DNA of 58,123 bases from an uncultured Clostridia bacterium (GTDB lineage Bacteria > Bacillota > Clostridia > Christensenellales > CAG-1252). Both the position numbers and the translations under genes were made by a program. Positions within the stretch are counted from its first letter, which is position 1. Every line of letters starts with the position of its first letter. Where the stretch lies: positions 1 through 58,123 of the forward strand of contig CALYRM010000004.1 in assembly GCA_945482995.1 (NCBI GenBank). The letters run 5' to 3'. Shown in pieces: positions 20,301 through 30,355 of the stretch. Under the pieces are notes generated by a model. The model was not told the origin of the DNA. It was given only the letters and a program-made list of their open reading frames with translations, and made no database searches.

Positions 20301-23300
20301 CTTGAATTCATTGTAATCACCGCTTAACGATAAAGCCATATTTACATTTTCGCCGGTGTAACTTGGATAGTAACACTTGACGGTTGAGGATAAATCCGAG
20401 CCGTTATAAGTATACTCTTGATAATCCCAAGTGAGTGAAACTTTCTTTGGATTTACAGTCAATACCGCATCATTGATTGTGATATTATAGTTATCGTTGT
20501 TAGCTCCCAAAATTGTAATTGTATAACTGTTTACGGCGCTACCTACTGTATAATCAGAACTAAATGTGAAATTACCAAAGCTATCGTTTTCAACGAGTCC
20601 TACTTGAGTATAGGTAAAATTAGCGGCGTCACCATATTCGATAGTCTTGTTGTCAACACTTATCACTAAATCTTTTTTTGCGATTTCCGCTGTTTGAGTA
20701 ACATTTTGATACTCGTAATTTTGGTCCACGTAGCTTGCGAACAATGTATATCTACCTGCATTTTTAAATACACTAGCGGTACCTTGGAATGAAACGTCCA
20801 TATTTAGCTTGTTTCCGTCGTAGGTTGTAAACGTTGCGCTAACCTCGCTTGCACGCTCTAAGCCGTTATAGGTATATTCGCCGATAACCCATTCTACTGT
20901 TACGGGGCGCTTGTTTAGAGTGAACAAGCCTGCGTTTACGGTAACTGCATAGTTATTATTTGGAGTGTATTCAATATTCAATGGATATGAGCCTACTGCT
21001 GTACCTTGCGTGTAAGTGAATGCTATGTTTGTATCAATTACATCACCATCAATTACGCCGATTACTTCATAAATAAATTCTACGTTTTCATCGCCGTAGG
21101 TTGCAACAACGTCTTGTACATTTATTTCAACAGCCTTTTTATTGATGGTTAAATTGGTTGTATTGTTCTTTAAAATATAGTTGGTATCGGCAACGGTTGC
21201 AACAAGCGAATATTCACCGCTTTTCTTAAATACTTTTGTTTCTCCCGAGGTAAATTCAATATTTGCCTCTTCTCTTTCTCCATTATAATTTACAAATATT
21301 GCCTTAACCGATTCGGATTGATCGAGTCTATTATAGATATAGCTATCTAGTGTTTCCCATGTCACACTTACTTCACGATGCGTACATGTCAATGTTGCGT
21401 TGGTGTATACAATTTCGTAATCGGAGTTTTGATAGCCGTCTACGGTGATTGGATAATCGTTCACCGGAGAACCCTTTGTGTAGTCGCAGGTATAACTTAA
21501 CGTACCCAAGCTGTCACCATCAAATAACCCCACTACTCTATGTGAAAATTCGGGAACGTTTTCGCCGTAGGTTAGATATAAAGAATCCACTATAACTTCA
21601 ACTCTTGCTTTGAGAATAGTCAAGCTCTTTTGTTTATCTTGAATGTCATAGTTGATTTCATCTACGCTTGAAGCGGTAACGTTATAGGTGCCTACGTGAT
21701 AAAAATCTGTATTATCGCCACACGCAAAGCTTATATCCATATATTTATATTCGCCGTTTGTTTGCATAAACTTGGCGGTAACCGTTTCGTCTTGCGTTGC
21801 ACCATTATAAGTATAGCTATCTTGGTAATCCCAAACTGCAGTAACGGACTTTTTATTTACTCTTAATATTGCGGAATCGTAAATAATGTTATAGTTGGAA
21901 TTGTTTAGATTTTCACCACTAATTATATAATCGCCTGTATTTGCATTCTTTACATAGTCGCAGATATAGTTAAGTGAACCCAAATATGACGGTGTTTCGC
22001 CGTCAACTAAGCCTACGATTTCGTGAGAAAAGCTCGGTATTTCGTCGCCATAGGTAATAACTCTATCTTCAAACACAATATGAACGTCCTTTGGAGCAAT
22101 GGTTATTGTCCTTTCAACGCCTATTAGCTCGTAGTTCTTGTCTTGGCTGTTTGCGGTAATAGTGTAAGTTCCCGCAGTTTTGAAGTCGGAGATTACGCCG
22201 TTTAGCTTGTATGACAAAACCAAGTTCGTATTTCTGCCGTCGTATCTTACGAATTTAGCATAAATGGTATTCGATTGAGCCTCTCCTGTGTAAGTATAGC
22301 TATCGCTATATACCCAATCAACGTTTACACTTTTCTTTTCAACGGAAAGCACCGCATCATTATAGGTAATATCATAGTTAGAGTTTGTCAATCCGGTTCC
22401 TTGCAACGGATATTTGCCTACCTCGCTACCCTTTGCGTAGTCGCAATCAAAGTTCAAAACACCTAAGCTTTCACCTTCGAGCAAACCCTCAATGCTATAC
22501 GTATAATTTGGAATATCGTCTCCATACGTAACTGTCACGTCGTCAATAGTGACGGTTGCGACAAGTTTTTCTATTTCCACTTGCAGAACTGCATTGGTAA
22601 TATTGTAATTTGTATTGCTGTAGCTTGCCAGTACGTTGTATACGCCTGCATCTTTAAAAACAGTACCGTTACCATTGAAAGCAATGCTTGCAACTGCAAG
22701 ATTTCCATTGATATCTGTAAACGTTGCAGAAATACTGTTTCCTTGGTCAAGTCCGTTATATGTGTAGCTTTCTTTAGTATTCCAAGTCAAATTAACTGTT
22801 TTGGGCAATACTTGGAACCATGCGCTTGTACTTGTTTGGAAATCGTAGTTCGGATTTCTCAAACCTGTCATTCTTACTGAGTACCTACCGGAATCACTAC
22901 CCTTTACGTATTCACAATTATATCTTGGCGTGCCTAGACTGTCACCCTCTAGCAACGAGCCTTTGGTTATCTTATAGCCAAATTCGGGAATATCATCACC
23001 ATAATATACGGTGTTATCGCAAACAACCTTAAATGACAATTCCATTTTTTTAACTGTGAGTATTCCAACTTCATAACTCGTTATATCGTAGTTTTTATTT
23101 GTTAAGCCACTCAATGAAATTGAATATTCACCAACAGACGAGCCTTTTGTATAGTTGGTTTCAAAACTGGCAATACCTAATGAATCGTTATTTAAAAGAT
23201 CGCCACATTCATAGCTAAAGTTCGGTATATCGTCGCCATAAACAACGGTTTGATCTGCTGCTCTAACTGTAATTGGTTTTGGTTCGACTGTCAATGTACC

Positions 23301-24548
23301 CTCTTCAAATATCAACTTATACAAATCACTTTCTAATTTTGTGATTAAAATAGCATAAGTTCCTACATCTGAGCCTACCTTATAATTGCAAGAATACTCT
23401 GCTTCGCCAAATACATTACTGTTTCTATTTCTTGTCGAATAGCTAAACGCAGGAAGTGGATCTCCGTATTTAATGGTAATATCATTAGCTTTAACATACA
23501 TAGAAGCCTTGTTGACAATAATGCTTATTGATTTTTCATCCTCTACATAGTCGCTACCGAAGCTTGACCTTATAACAGCTTTTACAGTGTGCTTGCCGAC
23601 AGTAAGACCTTCCAACAAAATTATTTTGTTAGCTCCATCATATTCCGAACCGTCTAGATACCACTTTATCGAATAAAATATATTTTGGAATTCGGTAAAA
23701 TTCACGCTTACGGTTACCGTCAAATCTTCCGCATATTCAAACGTATTGTCGGAGTTTTGTGTTTCAAGAGTTATACCCTTTAAATGAGCAACCTTTAAAT
23801 TTGCAAATATGTTCATATTCTCGGTTGCCGTTGCCTCGCTCATAATTATTTTACTATTATACTCGGAATCAGCGTACCACCCTTCAAGTTCAAGCCCTTC
23901 GGCAGTGAATTTTGATAGCGCTTTCAATGCGTCCGTTTCGCCTACGTTTATTTTATCGCCGATATAAATCTGTTTTTGCGATAATAGTTCGGTGCCATAG
24001 TAAAAGGATACAGTAGTAGCCTTTCTTTCATATTTAGCGGTAATTACGGTTTCTTTCTTTATTTGGTCAAAAGATGAATCCCAACCAATAAAATTATAAC
24101 CGTATCTCGTGGGCTCGGTCGGTGCAATAGCTGCTGTGTTGTATTCTACAAGTTGCTCGTCTTGACCATTAACTTGAAGTACCTTGCCGTCATAGTCGAC
24201 AAATTTAACCTTAAATTCCTTTGCTTTCCATACGGCATATAAAGTAATGGCTTCCCCTTTGTATTCGTTTTGCTCGAATACGCTGTTTTTGTTGCCAAAC
24301 TCGGTTATCCAATATCTAAAGATATATCCCTCTTTTTCGGGAATAAAATTACTTGGAGTTGGATGCCCGTCAACCTCAATTATGGCGTTTCCATCCTTGA
24401 ACACAACGTTTTCATAGGTAATCGTTTTATCATTATCGTCGTCATTTACATTAATGAAGCTACACGCAGTTAGAGCTAGTAGCAGCACTAAAACGATGGT
24501 GATAATCAAAGGAAGTAAAAGCTTCTTGTTGTTAATAGCGTTTTTCAT
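17385..24548 (-). CDS. Giant surface lipoprotein: InlB B-repeat-like units, MBG/YDG-type repeat array, six 70-aa repeats and a C-terminal uncharacterised module
   Basis: Uninterrupted 2405-aa ORF. Start trimmed to ATG 24548 (MKNAINNKKLLLPLIITIVLVLLLALTAC, lipobox LTAC), with AAGGAG upstream. GYIFRYW / GYNFIGW / LEGWY motifs are of the Listeria-Bacteroides repeat type. Many units follow the pattern TV.YGD.IP.F.Y...GL..GDSLG....Y.KGS.VG.Y. Confidence 0.85.
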   Translation of the reverse strand: MKNAINNKKLLLPLIITIVLVLLLALTACSFINVNDDDNDKTITYENVVFKDGNAIIEVDGHPTPSNFIPEKEGYIFRYWITEFGNKNSVFEQNEYKGEAITLYAVWKAKEFKVKFVDYDGKVLQVNGQDEQLVEYNTAAIAPTEPTRYGYNFIGWDSSFDQIKKETVITAKYERKATTVSFYYGTELLSQKQIYIGDKINVGETDALKALSKFTAEGLELEGWYADSEYNSKIIMSEATATENMNIFANLKVAHLKGITLETQNSDNTFEYAEDLTVTVSVNFTEFQNIFYSIKWYLDGSEYDGANKIILLEGLTVGKHTVKAVIRSSFGSDYVEDEKSISIIVNKASMYVKANDITIKYGDPLPAFSYSTRNRNSNVFGEAEYSCNYKVGSDVGTYAILITKLESDLYKLIFEEGTLTVEPKPITVRAADQTVVYGDDIPNFSYECGDLLNNDSLGIASFETNYTKGSSVGEYSISLSGLTNKNYDITSYEVGILTVKKMELSFKVVCDNTVYYGDDIPEFGYKITKGSLLEGDSLGTPRYNCEYVKGSDSGRYSVRMTGLRNPNYDFQTSTSAWFQVLPKTVNLTWNTKESYTYNGLDQGNSISATFTDINGNLAVASIAFNGNGTVFKDAGVYNVLASYSNTNYNITNAVLQVEIEKLVATVTIDDVTVTYGDDIPNYTYSIEGLLEGESLGVLNFDCDYAKGSEVGKYPLQGTGLTNSNYDITYNDAVLSVEKKSVNVDWVYSDSYTYTGEAQSNTIYAKFVRYDGRNTNLVLSYKLNGVISDFKTAGTYTITANSQDKNYELIGVERTITIAPKDVHIVFEDRVITYGDEIPSFSHEIVGLVDGETPSYLGSLNYICDYVKNANTGDYIISGENLNNSNYNIIYDSAILRVNKKSVTAVWDYQDSYTYNGATQDETVTAKFMQTNGEYKYMDISFACGDNTDFYHVGTYNVTASSVDEINYDIQDKQKSLTILKARVEVIVDSLYLTYGENVPEFSHRVVGLFDGDSLGTLSYTCDYTKGSPVNDYPITVDGYQNSDYEIVYTNATLTCTHREVSVTWETLDSYIYNRLDQSESVKAIFVNYNGEREEANIEFTSGETKVFKKSGEYSLVATVADTNYILKNNTTNLTINKKAVEINVQDVVATYGDENVEFIYEVIGVIDGDVIDTNIAFTYTQGTAVGSYPLNIEYTPNNNYAVTVNAGLFTLNKRPVTVEWVIGEYTYNGLERASEVSATFTTYDGNKLNMDVSFQGTASVFKNAGRYTLFASYVDQNYEYQNVTQTAEIAKKDLVISVDNKTIEYGDAANFTYTQVGLVENDSFGNFTFSSDYTVGSAVNSYTITILGANNDNYNITINDAVLTVNPKKVSLTWDYQEYTYNGSDLSSTVKCYYPSYTGENVNMALSLSGDYNEFKNAGRYSFTAINNDTNYIVNGQMTVELVINKADYQNITHNELSGTYDPNKTLSDYVLGAGFRWKNANTTPTVKVSEYPAIYNADSINYNDYSLTIKLSIEKANHTDVSNHTALAGTYDPNKKLSSYSLNENYYWNTPDTLPTVNVTEYAAYYNTDRDNYNDYPLSIRLILAKADYQNVMHRELSGTYNPDSTLNDYALDNNFAWVKGDTKPIVKQNKYDAVYNADSVNYNDYSLTITLNIAKADYQNITHEGFSGIYNPDKALASYTLNANYAWVDSTKVPSVDVTAYSAKYNADSDNYNDYIFNITITLEKANYTNVAAHTALSGVYSGQQLSAYTLSAGYYWVDASVVPVVNKTVYSAYYNVDKVNYNDYPVTITLTLQKGTYTGITHNNLTGVYSPTKTLASYTLNSGFAWNTPSIVPTCDVKAYNATYNADPDNYNTLNLTVQLVLTKATVSLEQTSWNYDYDGNAKTITPAIIYNGAVLDSSNYSLTYSIGNSFTDGGVYKTKITMSSQNYQLPSSGSTCTVSIKSVITSSSSTLTTLESALSSMSSGTIIVKYNTRLYGDATVKSGVTLLIPYDSTHDTTINLTVASGGAPSSAYSTLKIMNGATLTVNGSLNVSGRQVTNTGHTTGTYGCMDIETTGYVDVYGKLYCLGFITGSGEVYLNSGAEGTESLQIKDWPGGTIAYTVYKEFFPFSQFLIANIEAKLTVPYGAKLNAHYTITASDKEFVGDLLMFGQGGLFETTDATNGAFTKMLDPATGKVTITAYGAVKTNNISISISVSIASVDMETKGKEIPIPGYYNIVMGEGSTVTLDSKFKLLPGASLTINRGAVCNISSNGGLIGYDATYSNVYTNYGAKAYGGSLSASNTRLNKQVYQPNSPVTIVVDGTLNCSGVIGGTFTTTVAGSHLNLSGASAVSGTIISHYEMTSEKEFLSIKLKHTKYTYNYTAKSNGVTLGKSNYTGKANGYFA
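18951..20213 (-). repeat. Six tandem ~70-aa (~210-nt) coding repeats inside the 2387-aa lipoprotein gene
   Basis: Protein repeats follow KA(D/N)Y.N(I/V).H..L.G.Y.P...L..Y.L...(F/Y).W......P.V.V..Y.A.YN.D..NYNDY.L.I.L... The nucleotide period of about 210 nt is visible from the recurring aatcgttatagtt and ctgcgttgta strings. Confidence 0.85.
20214..23520 (-). repeat. Alternating MBG-type / YTYNG-type domain array (coding)
   Basis: About 9 alternations of units containing YGD.(I/V)P.F.(Y/H)...GL..G(D/E)SLG and units containing SYTY(N/T)G..Q......A.F. Boundaries are approximate. Confidence 0.7.
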
Positions 24549-24717
24549 ATTTTGCTCCTTATGTGACAGATTGGTTTGGTTGGTTTCAGATATGTAGCTC
24601 ATATCTATTTGTATTGATTAGTCCTTTTTTTGTATGTTTCACAAATGATTTGACTGTTTTGCCGTCGTGAATTGAATTGTGACTTAACAATTGCTATTTA
24701 TGGTATATCATGATTTT

Positions 24718-27700
24718 TTAATCACGATATACCCATATATATGCGTTGTTGTCTGATAAATCCTTTTGTTGTCTATCGTAGGTTATATAATTTTCATCGT
24801 TTGAGGTCGCTTGATATATCATAAATCTAAACGGCTCGATACCTGCTGAATAATATATCAACTGCGGATGCGACGGCGCAAAGTACTTTACATCGATACT
24901 TAAAGCGTAAAGTTCGGAAAACTCTTCGCCTACACCGTCAAAGTTAATTACACTATAATTCTTGCCGCCACCGTACATCGCGACAGCACCATTGACAAAG
25001 TTATCACCACCGCTTGTCAAAATAAGCTTGTTGATGATTTCTTCATTTTCTCCGCTTACTCTGAACGACTCGATTAAGTCCGATATATTTAAATTCAAGT
25101 GAAGCTTCTCTTTTATCAAGTCGCCTGCCTCTAAAAGTGTATCGCTGTTTATATCCGTAATCTTTTTCCAATCATAGAATCTTACGTCTCCTACAAGGTT
25201 AAGCCTTGCGGGATATGAAGTTCCGGCGACGTCGCCCCAGCCCTTGTCGCTTCCGAATCTATAGTTATTACTATAATTCCAACCGTCAAGCACTAGTCCG
25301 CCGAATTGAGATTCAAGTCCTACCGAGAACAAGCCTGCGCTTACAAATACACAATTTTCCAGAGTTACGTCGGTCAAAACATAGTTATTTATGAAATAAT
25401 CGTCCGATTCACCCACCGCGTATGGCGAGCCGTCGTTCTTTAAGAAATATGGATTTGCTTGGTCGTAATATTGTTTATAATTGGTATTATTATTTGGATA
25501 CCATTTCTTTTCGGCAAGATTTACGCTTTCGTCTGCAACTACTGCCCCTCTTTTTATTTGATTTGTGCCGATTTTCAAGATAAATTCTCTACCATAAGTC
25601 AAAATACAATTCTTGATATTTGTAGTTATCTTATAGTCGGTTGTGTTGTTTTTAACATCGGTTTCGTTTGCGTTGCCTTTTCCATATACACGAACTACCG
25701 TTCTTCCGTTGTTGACTTTGCTATATGATAAGTCGAAATTATCACCAACTACCTCTAAAACTGTACCGCAATAGTCAAGATTCGTTAAATCGTTTCCTAC
25801 GCTACTATCAGAACAGCCTTTTAATTCTACGTTCCTAAGTTTCACGTCGTCCTTGCGAACTAAGAATACAATGTTATCTTGAGACTTGATACTTGCATTG
25901 TCGGCTGCTGTGGATTCGGTGTAATAGGATATTTTAACCAACGAGAGAGGTCCTGTAAATATGAAGCCCTTTGCATTGGTTCCCGAATACATTTTTTCGC
26001 CGCCTTTTGTTAGATAGTCCGCATCTATGAAGTGCCCATTGCCGTAAACGTTGTTGGTAAACTCCACGAAGTATTTGAGTTTAGCATCATTCTCCTTTCC
26101 CATTGCTTTATAGTAGGATATATCTGCTGTGGGATTCATAGTTTTATATACGCTTTCGCTAAATTCGCCTTTTCCTTCTATATAATCCTTGTATCCGCCT
26201 TTACGCCAATTCTCATCAGAATATCTTTCTTTTAGAAGTGGCGCCAACATTATATCGGACTGCAATACAATTTCCTTTTCTTGTTTTTGAGATAGCATTA
26301 ATTCGTCATAGTTGGTAATATTGACGGCGTCCTTTACCACCTCGATTGTAATTGTTGCGGAAACGTCAAAGCCTAATTTTTCGTTATAGGCACTTTCTAC
26401 CATAATGGTTACAACTCCGCTCTCAACGCCTGTTATCGATATAACGCCGTTGTTCACTGTGGCGATTCTATCGTTTGACGTTTTCCAAACTAGTTTTGAG
26501 TTATCAACCACGCTTTCGATTACGCCTGTTTTATAACTTACGTTGACAGGAATGGAAAAGCTGTACGCTGTCAATTCTCCGTTATCATATTTGAAGCCAC
26601 CCAAAACAAGCTCTTTTGCAAGGCTGTTGTTGATTGACTTTAAGCTTTCGTCATTCTTAATCGAAATATCGTTATATGGTTTTAGCACCTCAACTTTAAG
26701 CGTTTTGCTTTCATACTCTACGCCGTCAATGATTAACGTTACGATAACTTCGCTTTCGCCCTCGGCTTTGGCTGTTACTCTAAACAAATCGTTGCTCTTT
26801 TTGAGGACCTGTATTTTGCTATCCTTAGCCCTATATAGTACGTTATAATTGTCAATTCCCTCAACGGTTATATCTATTTCCTTAAACTTATCGAGTGCCA
26901 AATAGCAATCGCCCGAATAGTTTATACTCCAATTTACCTTGCCTCTTTCGATATTGACAGTGCCTACGGTTTCGTTTGCATACTTAATCGAAACAACGTA
27001 ATCACCCTTTGCGGTGTTTGATTTCCATGTAATTCTTAGCGAATAAAGATTTGGATTAGTTTTATTCTTTTCGATAACCACGCCATCGATTGCATCGCTA
27101 TCATATTCATAGGTCAACGCTTCGATGTTGCTAAAACTTTCGTTGACGGTTAAATTTACTAACGACTCGGTTTCGCTAAACGAAGAAATTGTAGTTTCAC
27201 TTTTGCCACCGTCAAAACTTATCAAGTCATCGGTCAAAACGGCTTCTACCTCTACCTGATATATAAATTCATAAGTATGGTCGACAAACTTCTTTTGGCT
27301 TTCGTCATATTTTACACCGACAAGTCTAACCATAATTTGGCACTCGCCACCAAACTTTGCGGTCATTTTGCCTTGTTGGGTTATAGAGACAATAGTTGAA
27401 TCGCTTGATTGATAAGATATTTCATATTCGCCATGCGTAGGATATATTAGTAAGTCCTCGCCTATCGTTATCTCTCCTGCGTCGCCTGCCTGCATCCTTA
27501 TTTTTGTTGTTACTTGTTCGGCTTCCGCGACCTTTTCGCTTCCAAAATTAATTGTAACACTATCTTGCTTGCCACCTGCCGTTGCGATAATGATTACGCT
27601 ACCGACTGATTTTGCGCTAACTACGCCGTCTTCCGAGATTTCAACTTCGGCTTTTTTCTTTCCCTCAACCGCCATTGCTTGGAATGAGGTTTGTGTATGT

Positions 27701-27918
27701 GTTGCAGTGGTCGGCAATATTTGAACGTCAAGTTTGACTTGAGTTTGAGCTAAAATATCAACGTTCTTTTCCTTTTCGCCGTCTATCGTCAAATTGACTT
27801 CGGTAACAGGTACGTCAACCAATACTTCTACCGTTTTAGCGGCAGTTGACAACGAGAACATTAACAATAAGGGTATAACTAATATTAATGCAATAATTTT
27901 ATTCTTTACCTTTTTCAT
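24718..27918 (-). CDS. Secreted protein with Big_2-type Ig-like domains and a C-terminal right-handed beta-helix-like region
   Basis: 1066 aa with signal peptide MKKVKNKIIALILVIPLLLMFSLSTAAK. Big_2-like endings are present (KLVWKTSNDRIATVNNGVISITGVESGVVTIMVESA). The C-terminal half (NVYGNGHFIDA, VKLRNVELKGC, IKNCILTYG) resembles a pectate-lyase-fold helix. Confidence 0.7.
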   Translation of the reverse strand: MKKVKNKIIALILVIPLLLMFSLSTAAKTVEVLVDVPVTEVNLTIDGEKEKNVDILAQTQVKLDVQILPTTATHTQTSFQAMAVEGKKKAEVEISEDGVVSAKSVGSVIIIATAGGKQDSVTINFGSEKVAEAEQVTTKIRMQAGDAGEITIGEDLLIYPTHGEYEISYQSSDSTIVSITQQGKMTAKFGGECQIMVRLVGVKYDESQKKFVDHTYEFIYQVEVEAVLTDDLISFDGGKSETTISSFSETESLVNLTVNESFSNIEALTYEYDSDAIDGVVIEKNKTNPNLYSLRITWKSNTAKGDYVVSIKYANETVGTVNIERGKVNWSINYSGDCYLALDKFKEIDITVEGIDNYNVLYRAKDSKIQVLKKSNDLFRVTAKAEGESEVIVTLIIDGVEYESKTLKVEVLKPYNDISIKNDESLKSINNSLAKELVLGGFKYDNGELTAYSFSIPVNVSYKTGVIESVVDNSKLVWKTSNDRIATVNNGVISITGVESGVVTIMVESAYNEKLGFDVSATITIEVVKDAVNITNYDELMLSQKQEKEIVLQSDIMLAPLLKERYSDENWRKGGYKDYIEGKGEFSESVYKTMNPTADISYYKAMGKENDAKLKYFVEFTNNVYGNGHFIDADYLTKGGEKMYSGTNAKGFIFTGPLSLVKISYYTESTAADNASIKSQDNIVFLVRKDDVKLRNVELKGCSDSSVGNDLTNLDYCGTVLEVVGDNFDLSYSKVNNGRTVVRVYGKGNANETDVKNNTTDYKITTNIKNCILTYGREFILKIGTNQIKRGAVVADESVNLAEKKWYPNNNTNYKQYYDQANPYFLKNDGSPYAVGESDDYFINNYVLTDVTLENCVFVSAGLFSVGLESQFGGLVLDGWNYSNNYRFGSDKGWGDVAGTSYPARLNLVGDVRFYDWKKITDINSDTLLEAGDLIKEKLHLNLNISDLIESFRVSGENEEIINKLILTSGGDNFVNGAVAMYGGGKNYSVINFDGVGEEFSELYALSIDVKYFAPSHPQLIYYSAGIEPFRFMIYQATSNDENYITYDRQQKDLSDNNAYIWVYRD

Positions 27919-27927
27919 AGTCTAACC

Positions 27928-29601
27928 TCAAATATCTCTTTCGTAATATACCTTTCTCAAACCCTTGAACAAATATATTACCGCAAATACAAATACTGCA
28001 ACTGTCAAAACCGATTCAAAAAGCATCGATACAAGCATAGCGATTCTTGTCGAGTACTTCAATCCAAGCACTACCGATATCAATATACTGCCAACCCCTG
28101 AAATTGCCGAGACGATAAGCCCTATCAATATCAACGTGGAAAGATTGCTGTTGCTGTCGGTCACCTCGTCGTTTTCGGTACTTGGGAAACATGGAGTAAC
28201 CATATCCTTTTTAGTCGCATATGCAATTCCTGCAAATGAGAACAACAAGCCATTTGCAAAAACGAATACCGCTTCGCCAAAGGTTAGTAAATTGCCGATA
28301 AGTAGAGAAAAACTACTTGCCATTACCGATATAACAGACACAACGCCCGAGAAAATAAGTTTACTTCCAATGACTTCCTCAACCTTGACGGGCAAGGTTT
28401 TTAGCATTGCGTACATTCTTCCGTCTCTTGAAACGTTGGTTGCGCAGAACGTATTGGTAAGCAAACCAAACATGGTAACTACAAAAACCGCTATCGCATA
28501 ATTACACTCGGTAGCAAACAAGCCCTTTGCCATAGAAATCAAGAGTTGTGTGCAAATATAAACCATAAATGGCAACGATAAGGTTGTTGCAAAATATTGA
28601 AAAGCATAGTTCGGTGTACGGAGAACCGTTTTAAATTCTTTCAAAAGCAACGCTTGTAACACGTTTAGTTTTTTGATTTTACCTTTACGCTTATAGGTTG
28701 ACGAAAAGCCTTCTAAGCGTTTTTGAATAAACGTGTTGTAGATTTTTCTAATCAAGAAAAACGAACCAACCAAACAAGCAATCGAACCGAACAAGGCTAT
28801 CAGTAGGCTTTGCCAACCAAAGCTTCCGAGCATCATATTTGTAAACAGTCTTGCAGGATAAAGCTTGGTTGCAACCGAATTGATTTTGTATATCGTGCTC
28901 ATTTCAAAGAAATTGCTAATTTGACCCGATTGCAAGATTTGATTTAACGCATTCAAGAATAATCCATACACCCAAAAGCCAAGTCCTATTATGATTACGT
29001 AACCAATTAGTCTTATGATAAATTTTGCTTCGATAAATTGCATAAACAGCACATAAGGCAATGCAATCAAACTTGCTATTGCAGAACTCATTGCAGGTAG
29101 CAAAATAACCGAAAGCAACATCATTATATAATAGACTGCTCCGCCAACTCCAGATAGAACGCTCAAAACGATTGATATTGGTAGCAATATAAATAGAGTA
29201 GTCAAGACTTGTGAAAGGTAAATTTTGATGAATCTATGTATAAAGATAACACCCGAGCTTATCGGCTGACAAATTAAAACGTTGATATCCTTGGAATCGG
29301 ATATTGACGAAAAAATCTTTCTTGCGCCGTTGACAACGTTGACTACAAGTATTATTCCAAATACAAAAGTCAATAACTCGCCCAAGCGGTTGACGGTATC
29401 TACCGATACGTTATCATAAACGTTGGAAAGATACATTTCACCAAACGCTTTGAAAACGTATATGAATACTCCATAGATAAAAGCAATAAGTACCAAAGAG
29501 GACACAAAGCCCATAATATCTTTTTTCTTGCCCTGTTCCTTGAAGTTGTTGGAAACGTATTCCTTTATATCCTTTTTGAATAGAATTAATAGCTTGTTCA
29601 T
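27928..29601 (-). CDS. Polytopic ABC-exporter permease (about 12 or more TM helices)
   Basis: 557 aa, hydrophobic throughout. The start lies 2 nt after the ATPase stop, with GAGGA upstream. No soluble domain visible. Confidence 0.7.
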   Translation of the reverse strand: MNKLLILFKKDIKEYVSNNFKEQGKKKDIMGFVSSLVLIAFIYGVFIYVFKAFGEMYLSNVYDNVSVDTVNRLGELLTFVFGIILVVNVVNGARKIFSSISDSKDINVLICQPISSGVIFIHRFIKIYLSQVLTTLFILLPISIVLSVLSGVGGAVYYIMMLLSVILLPAMSSAIASLIALPYVLFMQFIEAKFIIRLIGYVIIIGLGFWVYGLFLNALNQILQSGQISNFFEMSTIYKINSVATKLYPARLFTNMMLGSFGWQSLLIALFGSIACLVGSFFLIRKIYNTFIQKRLEGFSSTYKRKGKIKKLNVLQALLLKEFKTVLRTPNYAFQYFATTLSLPFMVYICTQLLISMAKGLFATECNYAIAVFVVTMFGLLTNTFCATNVSRDGRMYAMLKTLPVKVEEVIGSKLIFSGVVSVISVMASSFSLLIGNLLTFGEAVFVFANGLLFSFAGIAYATKKDMVTPCFPSTENDEVTDSNSNLSTLILIGLIVSAISGVGSILISVVLGLKYSTRIAMLVSMLFESVLTVAVFVFAVIYLFKGLRKVYYERDI

Positions 29602-29603
29602 CG

Positions 29604-30347
29604 TTAATCCTCAATTTCGGACATAAATACTTGCGCCAATTTTTGATTGGGGTACTTTAATCTAAATTCTTCCATAGTTAGGGAAGTCTTTACTCTACCC
29701 TTTCCGATTATATATACTCTATCGCAGATTCTATCTAAGACGTCAAGGTTATGCGAACAGAAAAATACCGTATTTCCTTGATTTTTATAGTCTACCATAT
29801 ACTTCAAAAGCGCTTCTATTGTGGTTGCGTCAAGTCCCGTCAAGGGCTCGTCCAAAAGCCATAGCTTTGGACGGTGAATGAGAGAAGCCATTAAACAAAT
29901 TTTTTGACGCATACCGTGAGAATATGAAGAAATCATATTATAAATACTGTCGCCAAGCTTGAACTTTGATTCCATTTCGTCAATTCGCTCTTGACGAACA
30001 GCAACATCGACGTCATGTAGGTCGGCGATGAAATTTATGTATTCATAGCCTGTCATTTTGTCAAACATAGGTCTTGTATCGGGCACATAGCCTAAATTCA
30101 TTTTTGCATTTACAGCGTCGGTTTTTATGTTGTGTCCGCAAATAGTTATTTCGCCCTCGTTAAATGGAAAATAACCTGTCAAGCACTTGATTGTAGTTGA
30201 CTTTCCGGCGCCGTTTTTGCCCATAATGCCGACTATTTCACCGGCATAGCACTCAATATTTATATTTTCGATTGTGTATTCGGACGCTTTTCCATAACGC
30301 TTACACAAACCTTTGATTTCAACAATTTTTTCTCTTTCGTTGTTCAT
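29604..30347 (-). CDS. ABC transporter ATP-binding protein
   Basis: Walker A GKNGAGKST, Walker B LWLLDEP, H-loop CSHN. The signature motif is the variant SHGMRQK instead of LSGGQ. Confidence 0.9.
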   Translation of the reverse strand: MNNEREKIVEIKGLCKRYGKASEYTIENINIECYAGEIVGIMGKNGAGKSTTIKCLTGYFPFNEGEITICGHNIKTDAVNAKMNLGYVPDTRPMFDKMTGYEYINFIADLHDVDVAVRQERIDEMESKFKLGDSIYNMISSYSHGMRQKICLMASLIHRPKLWLLDEPLTGLDATTIEALLKYMVDYKNQGNTVFFCSHNLDVLDRICDRVYIIGKGRVKTSLTMEEFRLKYPNQKLAQVFMSEIED

Positions 30348-30355
30348 AAAACTCC